From positions 1 through 47,688 of IMG/VR virus record IMGVR_UViG_3300044709_000119: a stretch of DNA of 47,688 nt; one strand, given 5' to 3'. The notes beneath the pieces are model-generated. The model had not been told where the DNA came from. It saw only the letters and a list, made by a program, of their open reading frames with translations, and searched no databases. How positions within the stretch are numbered: position 1 is the stretch's first letter; each line of letters opens with the position of its first letter. Below are positions 31,335 to 41,433 of the stretch, in pieces. Both the position numbers and the translations under genes were made by a program. The stretch is from a virus.

Positions 31335-32252
31335 ATGTCTACCGTCTTTACCAGCACCGAAGCTGCCGCGCTCAAGGAAACTCTCGACGAGATCGTCGAC
31401 GATTCGAGCGACAATCTCAAGTCCCGCATGGTCATGCCCAAGCTCTTCGACGAGAGCACCATGGAGGACAACTACGAGGATGACGTCGAGTATGGCGGCG
31501 GCGGCTTGCTCGCCCAGAAGACCGAGGGCGGCGAGTCAACCACCCTGACGATGAACGAAGGCCCGGTGACCCGCTACCGAGCAGCCACCTACGCGGCCCG
31601 CATGATCATCACCGAGGAGGCGGTCGAAGACTGCAAGTACCGCGAGGTCATCGACCTGGCTCGTCGACTCAAGCGCTCCGGCGTCAAGACCGTCGACTAC
31701 GACCAAGGTCTTGTTTGGGCGCGCGCCGCGAACACGGCCTACCCGGGCGCTGATGGCGTGCCGCTGGCTTCTGCCTCTCACACTCTGCCCGGTGGTGGCA
31801 CCTTCTCGAACCTCATGGCTGCCATGAGCCCTTCGCCGGTGGCAGTCGGGATCGCCCGCACGGCCGTCGCGACGATGCCTGGCCACGATGGGCTCATCGA
31901 GGGCTACGAGCTCATGAAGCTTACGTTCCCCGTCGCTCAGTGGGACGCCTGGGCTCGCATCCTCGGCTCCAAGATGGACCCGACTGCCGGCAACTTCTCG
32001 GCCATCAACATCGCAAACTCCGGCCAGGGTTATGTCAGCATCACGCCAGTGGAGAACCGCTACTGGCTGAACACCACGACCAACTACGCCTTCCTCACGG
32101 ATGTGCCGAATGGGCTCCGCTGGAAGTGGCGCCGCAAGATGCGCGCTCGCACCTGGGTCGACAACGACAACGAGGTGATGAAGCACTCCCTCTCTGCCCG
32201 CTGGGCGCGAGGCTGGTCGGACGCCCGCTCCGTTCTCTTCTGCCCTGCCTGA
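31335..32252 (+). CDS. major capsid protein (HK97-fold candidate)
   Basis: strong AAGGAG RBS; 305 aa; position after the scaffold. Confidence 0.7.
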   Translation: MSTVFTSTEAAALKETLDEIVDDSSDNLKSRMVMPKLFDESTMEDNYEDDVEYGGGGLLAQKTEGGESTTLTMNEGPVTRYRAATYAARMIITEEAVEDCKYREVIDLARRLKRSGVKTVDYDQGLVWARAANTAYPGADGVPLASASHTLPGGGTFSNLMAAMSPSPVAVGIARTAVATMPGHDGLIEGYELMKLTFPVAQWDAWARILGSKMDPTAGNFSAINIANSGQGYVSITPVENRYWLNTTTNYAFLTDVPNGLRWKWRRKMRARTWVDNDNEVMKHSLSARWARGWSDARSVLFCPA

Positions 32253-32260
32253 GGTGAGCC

Positions 32261-33208
32261 ATGCCGAGTCCCTTTACCGATCTGCCAGCGTACGGGATCC
32301 AGTCGGGTCTCCAGACGCCTTTTGGCATCGTGCTGCCCCCTGCGCAGCAGGTCCTGTACGTCCGCTCGACTGGTCCCCAGTCGGGAGATAGCCCGGACCT
32401 GGTGGCGCGCTTGCTGCCGACGCTGGCGCAGGCGCTCGCCTACTGCCGAGCGGGCCTCGGCGATACCGTCGTCTGCCTCCCGGGTCACTCTGAGAGCGTG
32501 ACGGACGCGACGATGCTCACGAACCTGGTGGCCGGCACCAAGGTTATCGGTCTCGGCCGGGGCGGCAACATGCCGGTCTTCCGCTGGACCGCTACCGGCT
32601 CCCAGTGGGCCGTAGCGGTCGCCGACGTCGTGTTCGCCAACCTGCGACTCCGGCTCGAGGGCGCGAACGGCGTCGTCAAGGCCATCGCGGTCACAGCGGC
32701 GGACGTGCAGTTCGTTGGCTGCGACATCGAGGTGAGCTCTGGTGCCGCGAACCTGGCCACCATCGCGCTCGAGATTGGCACCGGCGCCCACCGGTTCAGC
32801 CTGGTCGGCAGCCGACTGCGCGGCGTGGCCGCGGGAGTGGCGACGGATGGGATCTTGGTGGCGGCCGCGGCGAGCAACATCGAAATCCTGGACAACGACC
32901 TCGAGTTTGCTGCTACGTCAGCGAGCGGGCTCATTCGGATTGCTGCCGCTGCGCTCGACATGCGCATCGGGCGCAACATCATCTCGAACGTGACGGCGGC
33001 CTCCATTGCCGGCATCAGCTTCGGCGCACAGGCGAGTTCGGGCGTCATCCACGACAACCGCATCCGCGTCCAGAGCACCGGAGCGCAGACGGTTGGTACC
33101 ACTGGGATCACCGTCGGTGCCACCACTATCGCTTCGTTCTTCCAGAACTACATCACCAACGACCCGCGCACGAACGGCGTGGTCATCAGTCCCGCAGCGG
33201 ACACCTGA
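32261..33208 (+). CDS. right-handed beta-helix (pectate-lyase-like) repeat protein
   Basis: repeated V/I-x-G-x-N/D rungs (ANLRLRLEGANGV, VQFVGCDIEV, HRFSLVGSRLRG, IEILDNDLEF, MRIGRNIISN, VIHDNRIRV). Confidence 0.6.
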   Translation: MPSPFTDLPAYGIQSGLQTPFGIVLPPAQQVLYVRSTGPQSGDSPDLVARLLPTLAQALAYCRAGLGDTVVCLPGHSESVTDATMLTNLVAGTKVIGLGRGGNMPVFRWTATGSQWAVAVADVVFANLRLRLEGANGVVKAIAVTAADVQFVGCDIEVSSGAANLATIALEIGTGAHRFSLVGSRLRGVAAGVATDGILVAAAASNIEILDNDLEFAATSASGLIRIAAAALDMRIGRNIISNVTAASIAGISFGAQASSGVIHDNRIRVQSTGAQTVGTTGITVGATTIASFFQNYITNDPRTNGVVISPAADT

Positions 33209-33244
33209 TCCCCAGGCTCGGCTGGGGCCGGAAAGGACCTGGCC

Positions 33245-33502
33245 TTGTCTCGTCGTACCATCGGGAAGCACTGGCGTGGGCCGAAAGGCTCGTACACGGC
33301 CATCTGCAGTCACTGCGGAGTCGCGTGGCGCTCGGACCAGCTCCAGCAGGAGCTCGGCGGCGCTTGGGCATGCCCGGACGACTACACTCCGGGGGGTGAC
33401 GACGCGAGCCTCGCCGAGAAGAACGCGAACAGTGCGGAGTCGCGCCAGGGCCGCCAGTACCCCTATGGCCCGCCTCCCCAGAAGAAGGAGGTCTACACGT
33501 GA
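33245..33502 (+). CDS. hypothetical small protein (85 aa, CSHC...C)
   Basis: TTG start per the track; GTGA junction with the next gene. Confidence 0.4.
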   Translation: MSRRTIGKHWRGPKGSYTAICSHCGVAWRSDQLQQELGGAWACPDDYTPGGDDASLAEKNANSAESRQGRQYPYGPPPQKKEVYT

Positions 33503-34218
33503 CCGTCAACCCGAACAGCACGCGCGAGTTCAACATCGGCGAGCTCGTGGGCCAGTCCTACAAGGTGGCCGGCCTCGTGAACTTCTCCCAGGCGGTCGAC
33601 CCGGGGCGGGCAGCGTTCGCGAAGGAGCTGCTCGAGGGGATCATCAAGCACCTCGAGGCCCAAGGGCTGCAGGTGCGAGCCGCTGACTTCCTGAACGTCG
33701 AGCTGACGGCAGGGACCGAGCGCTACACGCTGCCAGACAACGTTCTCGACATCATCGGCGACGCCGCCTACGTGCCAGGCGAGGCGCTGGACGTCGATCG
33801 TGCGGACGGCGAGACCCAGATCCGCCTCATCTCGATGGACAAGTGGCAGAAGCTCTCGAGCCATGCCGCGCAGGGGCGCCCGACGCTTCTCTACCCTCAT
33901 CGCCAGGGCGCCCAGGTAGAAGCTCGCCTTTGGCCGATCCCCCAGGAGAACGCGACTGCTCGCCTCCAGGTGCAACTGCTATACCCGAACGCCACCGACT
34001 CGAATACCACGACCGGGCTCGAGCGTCCCTGGCACCAGTTCTTCAAGTTCGCACTGGCCCACGAGCTCGCCCTCTCGAACTCCAAGCCCCTCGAGCGCTG
34101 CGTCTACCTGAAGGCTCAAGCGGATCAGTTCCTGGTAGAGTGCAAGGGTTTCAGCAACCAGCGCGCCAACGGCCAATTCCGGCTGTCCCACGGCGGCAAC
34201 AACAGGTGGCGACGTTGA
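33499..34218 (+). CDS. head-to-tail adaptor (P22 gp4 / T7 gp11-like)
   Basis: N-terminal ELVGQSYKVAGLV...AAFAKELLEGIIKHLEAQG parallels the gp4/gp11 N-termini (DLVRAALRKLGV...DAVDDLEAMMAEW). Confidence 0.45.
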   Translation: MTVNPNSTREFNIGELVGQSYKVAGLVNFSQAVDPGRAAFAKELLEGIIKHLEAQGLQVRAADFLNVELTAGTERYTLPDNVLDIIGDAAYVPGEALDVDRADGETQIRLISMDKWQKLSSHAAQGRPTLLYPHRQGAQVEARLWPIPQENATARLQVQLLYPNATDSNTTTGLERPWHQFFKFALAHELALSNSKPLERCVYLKAQADQFLVECKGFSNQRANGQFRLSHGGNNRWRR

Positions 34219-35030
34219 ACTTCTACCAGAATGGCCTTGGAGAGAACCTGGGCGACGAGCTTTGCACCTCGGAGCCCCTGATGCTCCCAACGGGTGCGTC
34301 CGCCTGGTGGGTGAATTCTGCCACCGGCGCCGATGCGGCAAGCCCTGCCGGCCAGAACCGCGAGAAGCCGCTGGCCACGCTCTCCCAGGCGGTCACCAAT
34401 GCGCTGGCTGGCGACATCATCGTGCTGATGGATGGCCACACCGAGACGGGCTACGCCGCGACGCTGCTGGTCTCGAAGGCGGGCCTCAAGATCGTCGGAG
34501 CGGGTAGCGATGGTGGGATCCCCACGGTGACCCTCTCGTTTGCCTCCACGGGCAGCATTACACTGAATGCGGCAGACTGCGAAATTCGCAACGTGAAGTT
34601 CACGACCCGCACCGGCGCCGGTGCTGGCGCGAAGGTGACGCTGACCACCCAGACGGCGTGCCGCGGCTGCTACTTCGAGTGCGCAGCCAACGATACCGGA
34701 CCGGCCGTCTCGCTGTTCACTGGGGCCGACTACTGCCAGGTCTCGGGGTGCACCTTCCTCTCGACTGCCACGTCCACGACTGCGCAGCCAGAGAGCGCAA
34801 TCAAGGCGGCTGGGGCCATCACGGGGCCATGGATCTACGACTGCATCGTCAGCGATGGTACAGTCGGATTCTCCAATCCCAACTCGCTGGACTTGTCGGC
34901 GGCCGCGATGACTCGGTTCAAGCTCGAGCGCGTATCGTTCCTGCTCGGAGCAGACGGCAAGCTCCACGCATCTTCCACCGGGTACGCGGTCGGCTGCACC
35001 ACCACCGGAGGCGGCGCGCTGCGCTGGTAA
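34215..35030 (+). CDS. beta-helix protein (second pectate-lyase-like protein)
   Basis: TTG overlaps the upstream stop (TTGA); PLATLSQAVTNALAGDIIVLMDGH...CEIRNVKF...CRGCYFE...CQVSGCTF. Confidence 0.55.
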   Translation: MNFYQNGLGENLGDELCTSEPLMLPTGASAWWVNSATGADAASPAGQNREKPLATLSQAVTNALAGDIIVLMDGHTETGYAATLLVSKAGLKIVGAGSDGGIPTVTLSFASTGSITLNAADCEIRNVKFTTRTGAGAGAKVTLTTQTACRGCYFECAANDTGPAVSLFTGADYCQVSGCTFLSTATSTTAQPESAIKAAGAITGPWIYDCIVSDGTVGFSNPNSLDLSAAAMTRFKLERVSFLLGADGKLHASSTGYAVGCTTTGGGALRW

Positions 35031-35033
35031 CGC

Positions 35034-36668
35034 ATGCACTTGATTGACCCAGTTGCCAGCGGACTTCGAGGCTGCGAAGACGGCTCTGTGGACGTGTTCG
35101 TGCGTGGCACCGGCGTGCGCGCCCGGTACTACGACAGCTTCGAAGCGGACCAGCCAATCTCTCCGACAGGTTCGCTAGCTCTCGACAGCAACGGTTCTAG
35201 GGTAATCTACGTCAACCAGCTCGTAGAGGTGGTGGCCTACGACCAATACGGCACAGAGCAGCGCCGGTTTGTCGCCGGCAGCAACGCCTCGGCCGTCGAG
35301 GTCATCTCCCGCAGCCTGACCGGGACCGACTACGAGACTGGCCAATCCGCAGCCAGCAAGCCCACCACCGAGCAGGTTGCCTGGGACCGGATGCTTACGA
35401 GCTTCGGGGCCCTGGACTTCAATGTCCTGGTGGGAGGATCCGCGGTCACTCTGCAGACGGCCCTGAGCCAGGTCAGCGGGCTGTTCTTCAACGTGCGGAC
35501 CTACGGCGCCATCGGCAACGGTGTGGCCGACGACACCTCAGCGATCCAGACAGCAATCAACGCCGCTCATGCAGCGGGCGACTCCGTGGTCGGGCTCCCG
35601 GCCGGCTCCTACAAGATCGTTGGCACGCTCACGATCTACTCCGGCATGTCGCTGCTCGGCGCAGGGTGCGGGGCGAGTGGCACTCAGCTGATCTTCACCC
35701 ATGCGACAGCCGATGGTGTGGTGTTCGCCGCGGCCGGGAGTGTGGCGGACATCACTCGGATCAGTGGGATGCGCCTAATCCTCGGCGCCAACAACTCGGG
35801 GATCCTTTTACACCTGACCAAGGCATCGGTGCACGTGCTACTGACGTCGGTCGAGTTCACCGTTGGGGCATTCGCCTCCACTGGCTCTCTCGTCGAAGCG
35901 GACGCCGCGCTGACGGACGTTCGGGTCATCGCATTTGCGTGTCGGTTCGTCGGGTCGACGGCGACGAACGCCCTGGCATACCTGCGTTCTGGGCTGCTGT
36001 TCACGATCTGCTGCGCGTTCAAGGCAGGCGGCGGGTCTGTCGGCGGGGGCGGTTTCCGGTCGGTAGACGGCGGAGCGGCCATCGCCTGCCAGTTCGACAA
36101 CTCTGCGGTGAGCGCTGGCGGATACTTCCCGTTGGCGATAGCGACGACTGGGGCAAACACGGGCGCCGTGCTCGGGTGTTCGTTCGGCCCAGGCGCGGGC
36201 GGCATACTGGCGGTATCCATCTCGGATTCGATGGAGTTCGGTAATGCGTTCGATCCGACGATCGGCGTCAGCGGTGTGGCCAGCGGGCTGTTTTCTAGGC
36301 TGCGGCTCGCGTCTATCGAATCCACCTACCAAGAGCAAGTGGTCGCGGCGGCAACGGCTACTATCCCGAACAATGCCGGATTCCACGTGGTCCGGAAAAC
36401 TGACGCCTCTGGCACGTTGGACCTGACACTTCCAGCGTGGCGACAGGGCGGGCGTTTCACGCTCGTGGTCCACAACGACAACGCCGCTGGCATCGCCGCG
36501 CTCGCGCTGACTGACCCGGGAGGGCAAGGACACCGCGGGACACTGCCCGCTGTAGCGGGCGACAGTTTCACGGTACTCAAGTTCTACGCCATCACCTCTA
36601 CGGGCGGTGGTACTCCACAACTCTGGGGGTTCTACGTGCCGCCCAACTCAACCAGTCTCCTGGAGTGA
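35034..36668 (+). CDS. tailspike / polysaccharide depolymerase (Pectate_lyase_3-type)
   Basis: FFNVRTYGAIGNGVADDTSAIQTAINAAHAAGDSVVGLPAGSYKI is the classic N-terminal signature of beta-helix glycanases. Confidence 0.8.
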   Translation: MHLIDPVASGLRGCEDGSVDVFVRGTGVRARYYDSFEADQPISPTGSLALDSNGSRVIYVNQLVEVVAYDQYGTEQRRFVAGSNASAVEVISRSLTGTDYETGQSAASKPTTEQVAWDRMLTSFGALDFNVLVGGSAVTLQTALSQVSGLFFNVRTYGAIGNGVADDTSAIQTAINAAHAAGDSVVGLPAGSYKIVGTLTIYSGMSLLGAGCGASGTQLIFTHATADGVVFAAAGSVADITRISGMRLILGANNSGILLHLTKASVHVLLTSVEFTVGAFASTGSLVEADAALTDVRVIAFACRFVGSTATNALAYLRSGLLFTICCAFKAGGGSVGGGGFRSVDGGAAIACQFDNSAVSAGGYFPLAIATTGANTGAVLGCSFGPGAGGILAVSISDSMEFGNAFDPTIGVSGVASGLFSRLRLASIESTYQEQVVAAATATIPNNAGFHVVRKTDASGTLDLTLPAWRQGGRFTLVVHNDNAAGIAALALTDPGGQGHRGTLPAVAGDSFTVLKFYAITSTGGGTPQLWGFYVPPNSTSLLE

Positions 36669-38095
36669 TGCCGAGCGGCCCCATCCCCTTCGCTCCTCAG
36701 CAAGCCTCCGGCCAGGAGAGGCTCGGCGGGGCCATGCCCGTAGCGATGAACGTCTTCATCGACCGTGCTGGCGTGATCCGCAAACGCCCGGGCCTGACAT
36801 CTTGGCCAGGCGTGTCGACTGCAGTGATCGACGCGAATGGGCTGTCTGGTATCTACCGCTGCCTGAACGGCGACATCTACGCAGTGGGGGCCGTCGGCTC
36901 AGAGCGGCCGATCTATCGCCTGGTTGGACCGTCTATCACCACGCTGAACTCGGCTGTGCCGCCAGCTGGCCTACGCGGCAGCGGGCGCCCCATCTTCGCC
37001 GAGACGGAGATGTTGCTGGTGCTCGCTGGCGGCGACGCCATGGAGAAAATCCTGCTGTCCACCGGTGAGTCGAGTCGCATGGGCGACTCTCCGCCGATCG
37101 GAACGCACGTTGTCACGCAAGCACTGCGCCTGCTGGCGAATGACACAGTAGTCGACCGCACCAAGGTCCGATACTCCGATACGGCCATCGGTACTACCGA
37201 CTACTCGGGCAACGAGCTCTGGACACCAGGGCCGCACACCACCGCCAGCTTTTTCACTGCAGAGGCGAGACCTGACCCGATCGTCGCCATCGCTGAGAAC
37301 ACGAACTCCATCCTGCTGTTCGGCTCGAGCACGCTCGAGATCTGGACCAGCGACCCCACCTACATCTTCACCCGTACGGGTGCTATCGAATGGGGGATCA
37401 GCCAGCCCTACAGCGTCGTGCGCCGCGAGACCGAGTTCTACTGGCTCGACCATTCGACTCGGATAGTGAAGTTCGAGGGGGGCAGCATCGACGTCATCTC
37501 CGACTCGATTCAGGCCACACTGAACACGCTCGACCCCCGTGGTTGCTTCGGCTACCGCGTGAACACCTCCACCATCGATGCTGTGGTCTGGACCTTCCCA
37601 AACGACGGGCGCACATTCGCCTACCAGATCGGAGTTGGCTGGTCGCAGTGGCACGGCTGGGACGGCGAAGTGGCCACCCAGTTCCCGGTAAGCTGCCTGA
37701 ACGCTTCGACCCTCGTGGGTACTACGGACGGGCGCATCGGCAGGATCTCGAACGAGGAGTTCACCGACTTCGGCGAGCCGATCCGCTGCTACGTGGAGAC
37801 CGGCTATGTTTCACGTGACACGGATGCGGTGAAGGACTGCCAGAGGGTCCTGCTCAGCCTGAAGCGCGGTCAAGCCGAGGGGACAGCTCAGGTAGTGCTG
37901 CGGTACCGGGACCGCCCGGGCGCCTGGGAGCCTCCGCTGACCGTCGACCTGGGGGATGTTGGCGACACGGAAATCGTGGTAGATTTGCCGAGCCTTGGCA
38001 CGTACCGGCGTCGCCAGTGGAGCATTGAGTTCACCGGGACTGCCGAGTTCGGGCTTGTGAGCGCGGTCGAGTTCTACGAGGTAACGGAGGCATAA
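36665..38095 (+). CDS. tail hub / DNA stabilization protein, P22 gp10-like
   Basis: 476 aa (P22 gp10 is 472 aa); PVAMNVF...IRKRPGLT and ILLFGSSTLEIWTS parallel gp10 segments LPVNML...LRSFPGIT and IVCFGSSTIEYFS. Confidence 0.65.
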   Translation: MMPSGPIPFAPQQASGQERLGGAMPVAMNVFIDRAGVIRKRPGLTSWPGVSTAVIDANGLSGIYRCLNGDIYAVGAVGSERPIYRLVGPSITTLNSAVPPAGLRGSGRPIFAETEMLLVLAGGDAMEKILLSTGESSRMGDSPPIGTHVVTQALRLLANDTVVDRTKVRYSDTAIGTTDYSGNELWTPGPHTTASFFTAEARPDPIVAIAENTNSILLFGSSTLEIWTSDPTYIFTRTGAIEWGISQPYSVVRRETEFYWLDHSTRIVKFEGGSIDVISDSIQATLNTLDPRGCFGYRVNTSTIDAVVWTFPNDGRTFAYQIGVGWSQWHGWDGEVATQFPVSCLNASTLVGTTDGRIGRISNEEFTDFGEPIRCYVETGYVSRDTDAVKDCQRVLLSLKRGQAEGTAQVVLRYRDRPGAWEPPLTVDLGDVGDTEIVVDLPSLGTYRRRQWSIEFTGTAEFGLVSAVEFYEVTEA

Positions 38096-38096
38096 A

Positions 38097-38504
38097 ATGG
38101 CGATCAGTAAGGGTCAGGCTCAAGGGGCAGGAACGGTAGCAGGGGCCGGAATCGGAACCGTGTTCGGCCCCCTCGGCACCATGGCCGGCGGGGCCCTAGG
38201 GGGAATCGCTGGAGGCCTCATATACGACGCTTTCGAAGGTGACCCTGTCCAGGAAGCCGAGAAAGAGAAGATGCGCCAGATGCAGATGGCAGCAGACTCC
38301 TATGCCGCGTATCGCCCGCAGGTTCACCAAGCGAACCAGCAGGGGCTCATTCAACAACTCTCCGCCATGAATGGCGCTAACAACACGCTCGGGATGATGT
38401 ACGGCGCCAAGTACAACCCCCAGAACTACGCCCCGAACCTCGCACGGCTGCCGAATGCGGACATGCCGGTGTCGCAGCAGATCGCCACCCTGGGGAGGCG
38501 CTAA
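38097..38504 (+). CDS. Gly-rich membrane-active internal virion (ejection) protein candidate
   Basis: GGAGG RBS; GAGTVAGAGIGTVFGPLGTMAGGALGGIAGGLIY. Confidence 0.55.
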   Translation: MAISKGQAQGAGTVAGAGIGTVFGPLGTMAGGALGGIAGGLIYDAFEGDPVQEAEKEKMRQMQMAADSYAAYRPQVHQANQQGLIQQLSAMNGANNTLGMMYGAKYNPQNYAPNLARLPNADMPVSQQIATLGRR

Positions 38505-39784
38505 TGGCTTCCATCTGGGATCACCCGAATGCGTTCGCGTCGAACTCGCAGACGACTACAGCACCAGTAAGCAGCACCCTGAACACGGCGGTAGCGGCGA
38601 CGAGCGGCTACTCCGGGAACCAGCGCTGGCAGCCCGGTATGCCGCCTCCTCCGAAGGGGACGAACGCCTACGAAGACTACTTGAACTACCAGAATGGCCA
38701 GGCGAATGCCGGGGCCTCGGCGAGTGCCGCCGGTAACGCCGCAGGAAGCTCCGCCGCGACCAACAACGCCGCCATGGCCTCGTACCAAGCCGGTGGGCAT
38801 TGGCAGCCGGGTATGCCTGCCCCTCCGCCAGGGACCGTCGCCTACCAGGATTGGGTGAACTACGGCAAGGGTCAGGCGAACGCCGGAGCTGCTGCTCATA
38901 CTGCGGGAATGGCTGCTGTCGGCAATCATGACACCAACGTTGCTACGCAGCAGGAGAACGAGCGCAACGCTGCCGGCCTGAACATGATGAAGCCCGGGGT
39001 GAACGAGCAGTTCTTCTCCGAACACGGCGGCGAGATGACTGGCCCTGGCCAGTACCAGGACTGGTTTGCGCAGCATGGGGGGAATCTGGACCAGCCTGGA
39101 ATGGCCCAGAAGAACGCGGCCGAGGTACTCGCCAAGTACGGCACTGGTCAGACCGTGCCGGAGGCTGACTTTGGCGCTTACTACGACCGCGCTGCCGAGA
39201 AAGCCACCCAGGGGCTGAACAACCAGCTCGCTGCTCGTGGCCAGTACGGCTCCGGGGTTGGCCTGGGGATGATCGGGACCCAGCTCGCCGATCTGCGCGC
39301 CCAGGAAGCAAAGGACAAGGCTGACTACGGACTCAAGCGCTCTGCCGACCTACGCGACTGGACAAACACCGTCTCTGACATCGCCCACACCGGCGACGTC
39401 AGTCAGCTGGAGAGGTGGAACGCCACAGGGCAAGGTGCCGGCCTCGCCGATGCTACCGGGCTCGCCCGCTGGAAAGCCGCACAACAAGGCGCCGAGTCTG
39501 CCCAGGATAGCCAGCGCACGCGCGGCCAGGACATGTTCAACAACAACCTAGGCCTTGGCGCCGCGAACTCCGGCATTGCCGGCGCTGCGTATGGCTCGGC
39601 GGCCACCCAAGACTCTGCGCTGCTCGACGCCATCAATGCGCTCAAGATGGGCAAGGGTACCGAGGGGGTAGCCGGGGCAACCTCCGCGGCCAATGCGACA
39701 GCCGCGCAGCAAGCCCAGCTCAACCAGCTGCTCCAGGCCTACTACGCCTCGCAACAGCCGCAGACTCCCCAGACGAGGACCTGA
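38504..39784 (+). CDS. Gln/Ala/Gly-rich internal virion (ejection) protein candidate
   Basis: low-complexity 426 aa following the gp10-like gene, as in the P22 E-protein block; internal duplicated WQPGMPxPPxGTxAYxDxxNYxxGQANAGA. Confidence 0.55.
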   Translation: MASIWDHPNAFASNSQTTTAPVSSTLNTAVAATSGYSGNQRWQPGMPPPPKGTNAYEDYLNYQNGQANAGASASAAGNAAGSSAATNNAAMASYQAGGHWQPGMPAPPPGTVAYQDWVNYGKGQANAGAAAHTAGMAAVGNHDTNVATQQENERNAAGLNMMKPGVNEQFFSEHGGEMTGPGQYQDWFAQHGGNLDQPGMAQKNAAEVLAKYGTGQTVPEADFGAYYDRAAEKATQGLNNQLAARGQYGSGVGLGMIGTQLADLRAQEAKDKADYGLKRSADLRDWTNTVSDIAHTGDVSQLERWNATGQGAGLADATGLARWKAAQQGAESAQDSQRTRGQDMFNNNLGLGAANSGIAGAAYGSAATQDSALLDAINALKMGKGTEGVAGATSAANATAAQQAQLNQLLQAYYASQQPQTPQTRT

Positions 39785-41433
39785 TGCCGATCACCCTTGC
39801 AGAACTCGCCGGCATCATCAGCAAGCCGCCCCCTCAGCAGTTTGCTGACTATTCAGGATTCCCGGAGACCGTGCTGAAGGTGCGCCAGCTGAACGACCAG
39901 CGCGCCGCCCACCAGGGACAACTTGATCAGGCAGCCGAGCATGCCCGCCTCCAGGCCGCTTCCGCGGCAGCGGCAGAGCGCGGCCGAGGCGCTCGCGCTT
40001 CCATGCGCGGAGACCAGGCCAACGCCAAGCTACAGCTCGAGCGCGACCGCATGGCCCAGGGCCGCGGCGACAAGGATCTCGAGCTCTTCCGTGCCTACCA
40101 AGCCGCTCTCGAGCAGGCGAACCGCACCGGTGACCCGGAAGCCATCAACCTCGCCCAGCAGCACCTGCGCCAGCTCGGCTACACCGTGGGCGGCGGACAG
40201 CTCGCCCCCATCGCTCCCGAGCCACAGGCCGCTCCGCAACCCGCCGCGCCTGCCCCGCAGATTGGCCCTCCCGCTGCTCTCTCGGGGCGCCCCGCGGCGA
40301 CTGCCGGCGTACCGAAGCGCCCTGTCAACACCGAAGAACTCGACAAGTACAACCCGCGCTACGGAGAGGATCGCGGCGGGCCACCGAACCAGGGGATGCC
40401 GGCGCCTCCCCCCGAGGCACAAGCCAAGCCAGCTGACGACGCCATGAGCGCCGCCGCGCAGGCGGACTTCGTGAAGAAGCACCCACCGAAACCTCAGGCG
40501 GCCCCGCAGGCTCCACCGGCAGCCCAAGCTACGCCGCAACTGGCACCCAGGGGGCCGCTCGGTCCGTCTCCGATCACGGTGAGCAAGGGCGGCAAGCAGC
40601 TACTGAGCCTGCCACCAGGAGGAAGCGACCAGGGCGCGGTCGACTCGTACTTCACCCCACTGCTCGAGGCGGCCAAGTCGCCCGAGGAGAAGCGCGCAGC
40701 GCGGATCGCAGCCCAGACCGCTCGGGCCGTCGGCTCGCGCGAGGGCGTCGAGAAGGGCCGAGAGGCAGGCACCAAGGCCTACCAGTTCGAGCTCAACCGC
40801 ATGAAGAAGGGCGGAGCAGGCGGAGGCGCCGGCGGCGCAGCTCCGGACTACGGCGGCACCGGCATGAGCAAGGCCGAATACACCGTGGCCGAGAAGGACA
40901 ACGCGCAGGGGCGCCACATCGTCGACAAGACCCTGCAGGAGGCGCACGTCACCAAGCTCGCCGACGGTGAGATGGCATTCCAGCAGATGCTCGGTAACCT
41001 CAAGGCCGGCACCAACCTTGGCAATCTCGGTGCGCTCAAGTCGTACATCAAGACGACGGACGACCGCATCTCAGACCCAGACTTCCGGCTCGCTGCGGGC
41101 ACCGGCGGGGCATGGAACGAGCTACACCAGAAGCTCCAGTATTACCTCTTGCTGCCCGACACGACCCAGATGACTCCAGAGTTCCTGGCAGAAATCAAGG
41201 CCACGGGGGGGGTAGGCCTCAGCGCGCTACGGTCAAGGAAGGCCGAGATCGCGAAGCACCTGAAGAGTCGACTCGAGCATGCGACCGACCTCTCGCCGCA
41301 ATCGCGAAAGCGCTGGGGGGAAAACGCCTGGGCTGAGGTCGGGGCTGAGCCCGAGAGCGAATCGCCAGCTCCCACACAGGGCGGCTCTGGCCAGGGATCC
41401 CTTTACGAGCGTCTTCGCCTCCAGGGTAAGTGA
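39784..41433 (+). CDS. Ala/Pro/Gln-rich internal virion protein candidate
   Basis: 549 aa, coiled-coil N-terminus, Pro-rich centre; TGATG junction. Confidence 0.55.
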   Translation: MPITLAELAGIISKPPPQQFADYSGFPETVLKVRQLNDQRAAHQGQLDQAAEHARLQAASAAAAERGRGARASMRGDQANAKLQLERDRMAQGRGDKDLELFRAYQAALEQANRTGDPEAINLAQQHLRQLGYTVGGGQLAPIAPEPQAAPQPAAPAPQIGPPAALSGRPAATAGVPKRPVNTEELDKYNPRYGEDRGGPPNQGMPAPPPEAQAKPADDAMSAAAQADFVKKHPPKPQAAPQAPPAAQATPQLAPRGPLGPSPITVSKGGKQLLSLPPGGSDQGAVDSYFTPLLEAAKSPEEKRAARIAAQTARAVGSREGVEKGREAGTKAYQFELNRMKKGGAGGGAGGAAPDYGGTGMSKAEYTVAEKDNAQGRHIVDKTLQEAHVTKLADGEMAFQQMLGNLKAGTNLGNLGALKSYIKTTDDRISDPDFRLAAGTGGAWNELHQKLQYYLLLPDTTQMTPEFLAEIKATGGVGLSALRSRKAEIAKHLKSRLEHATDLSPQSRKRWGENAWAEVGAEPESESPAPTQGGSGQGSLYERLRLQGK

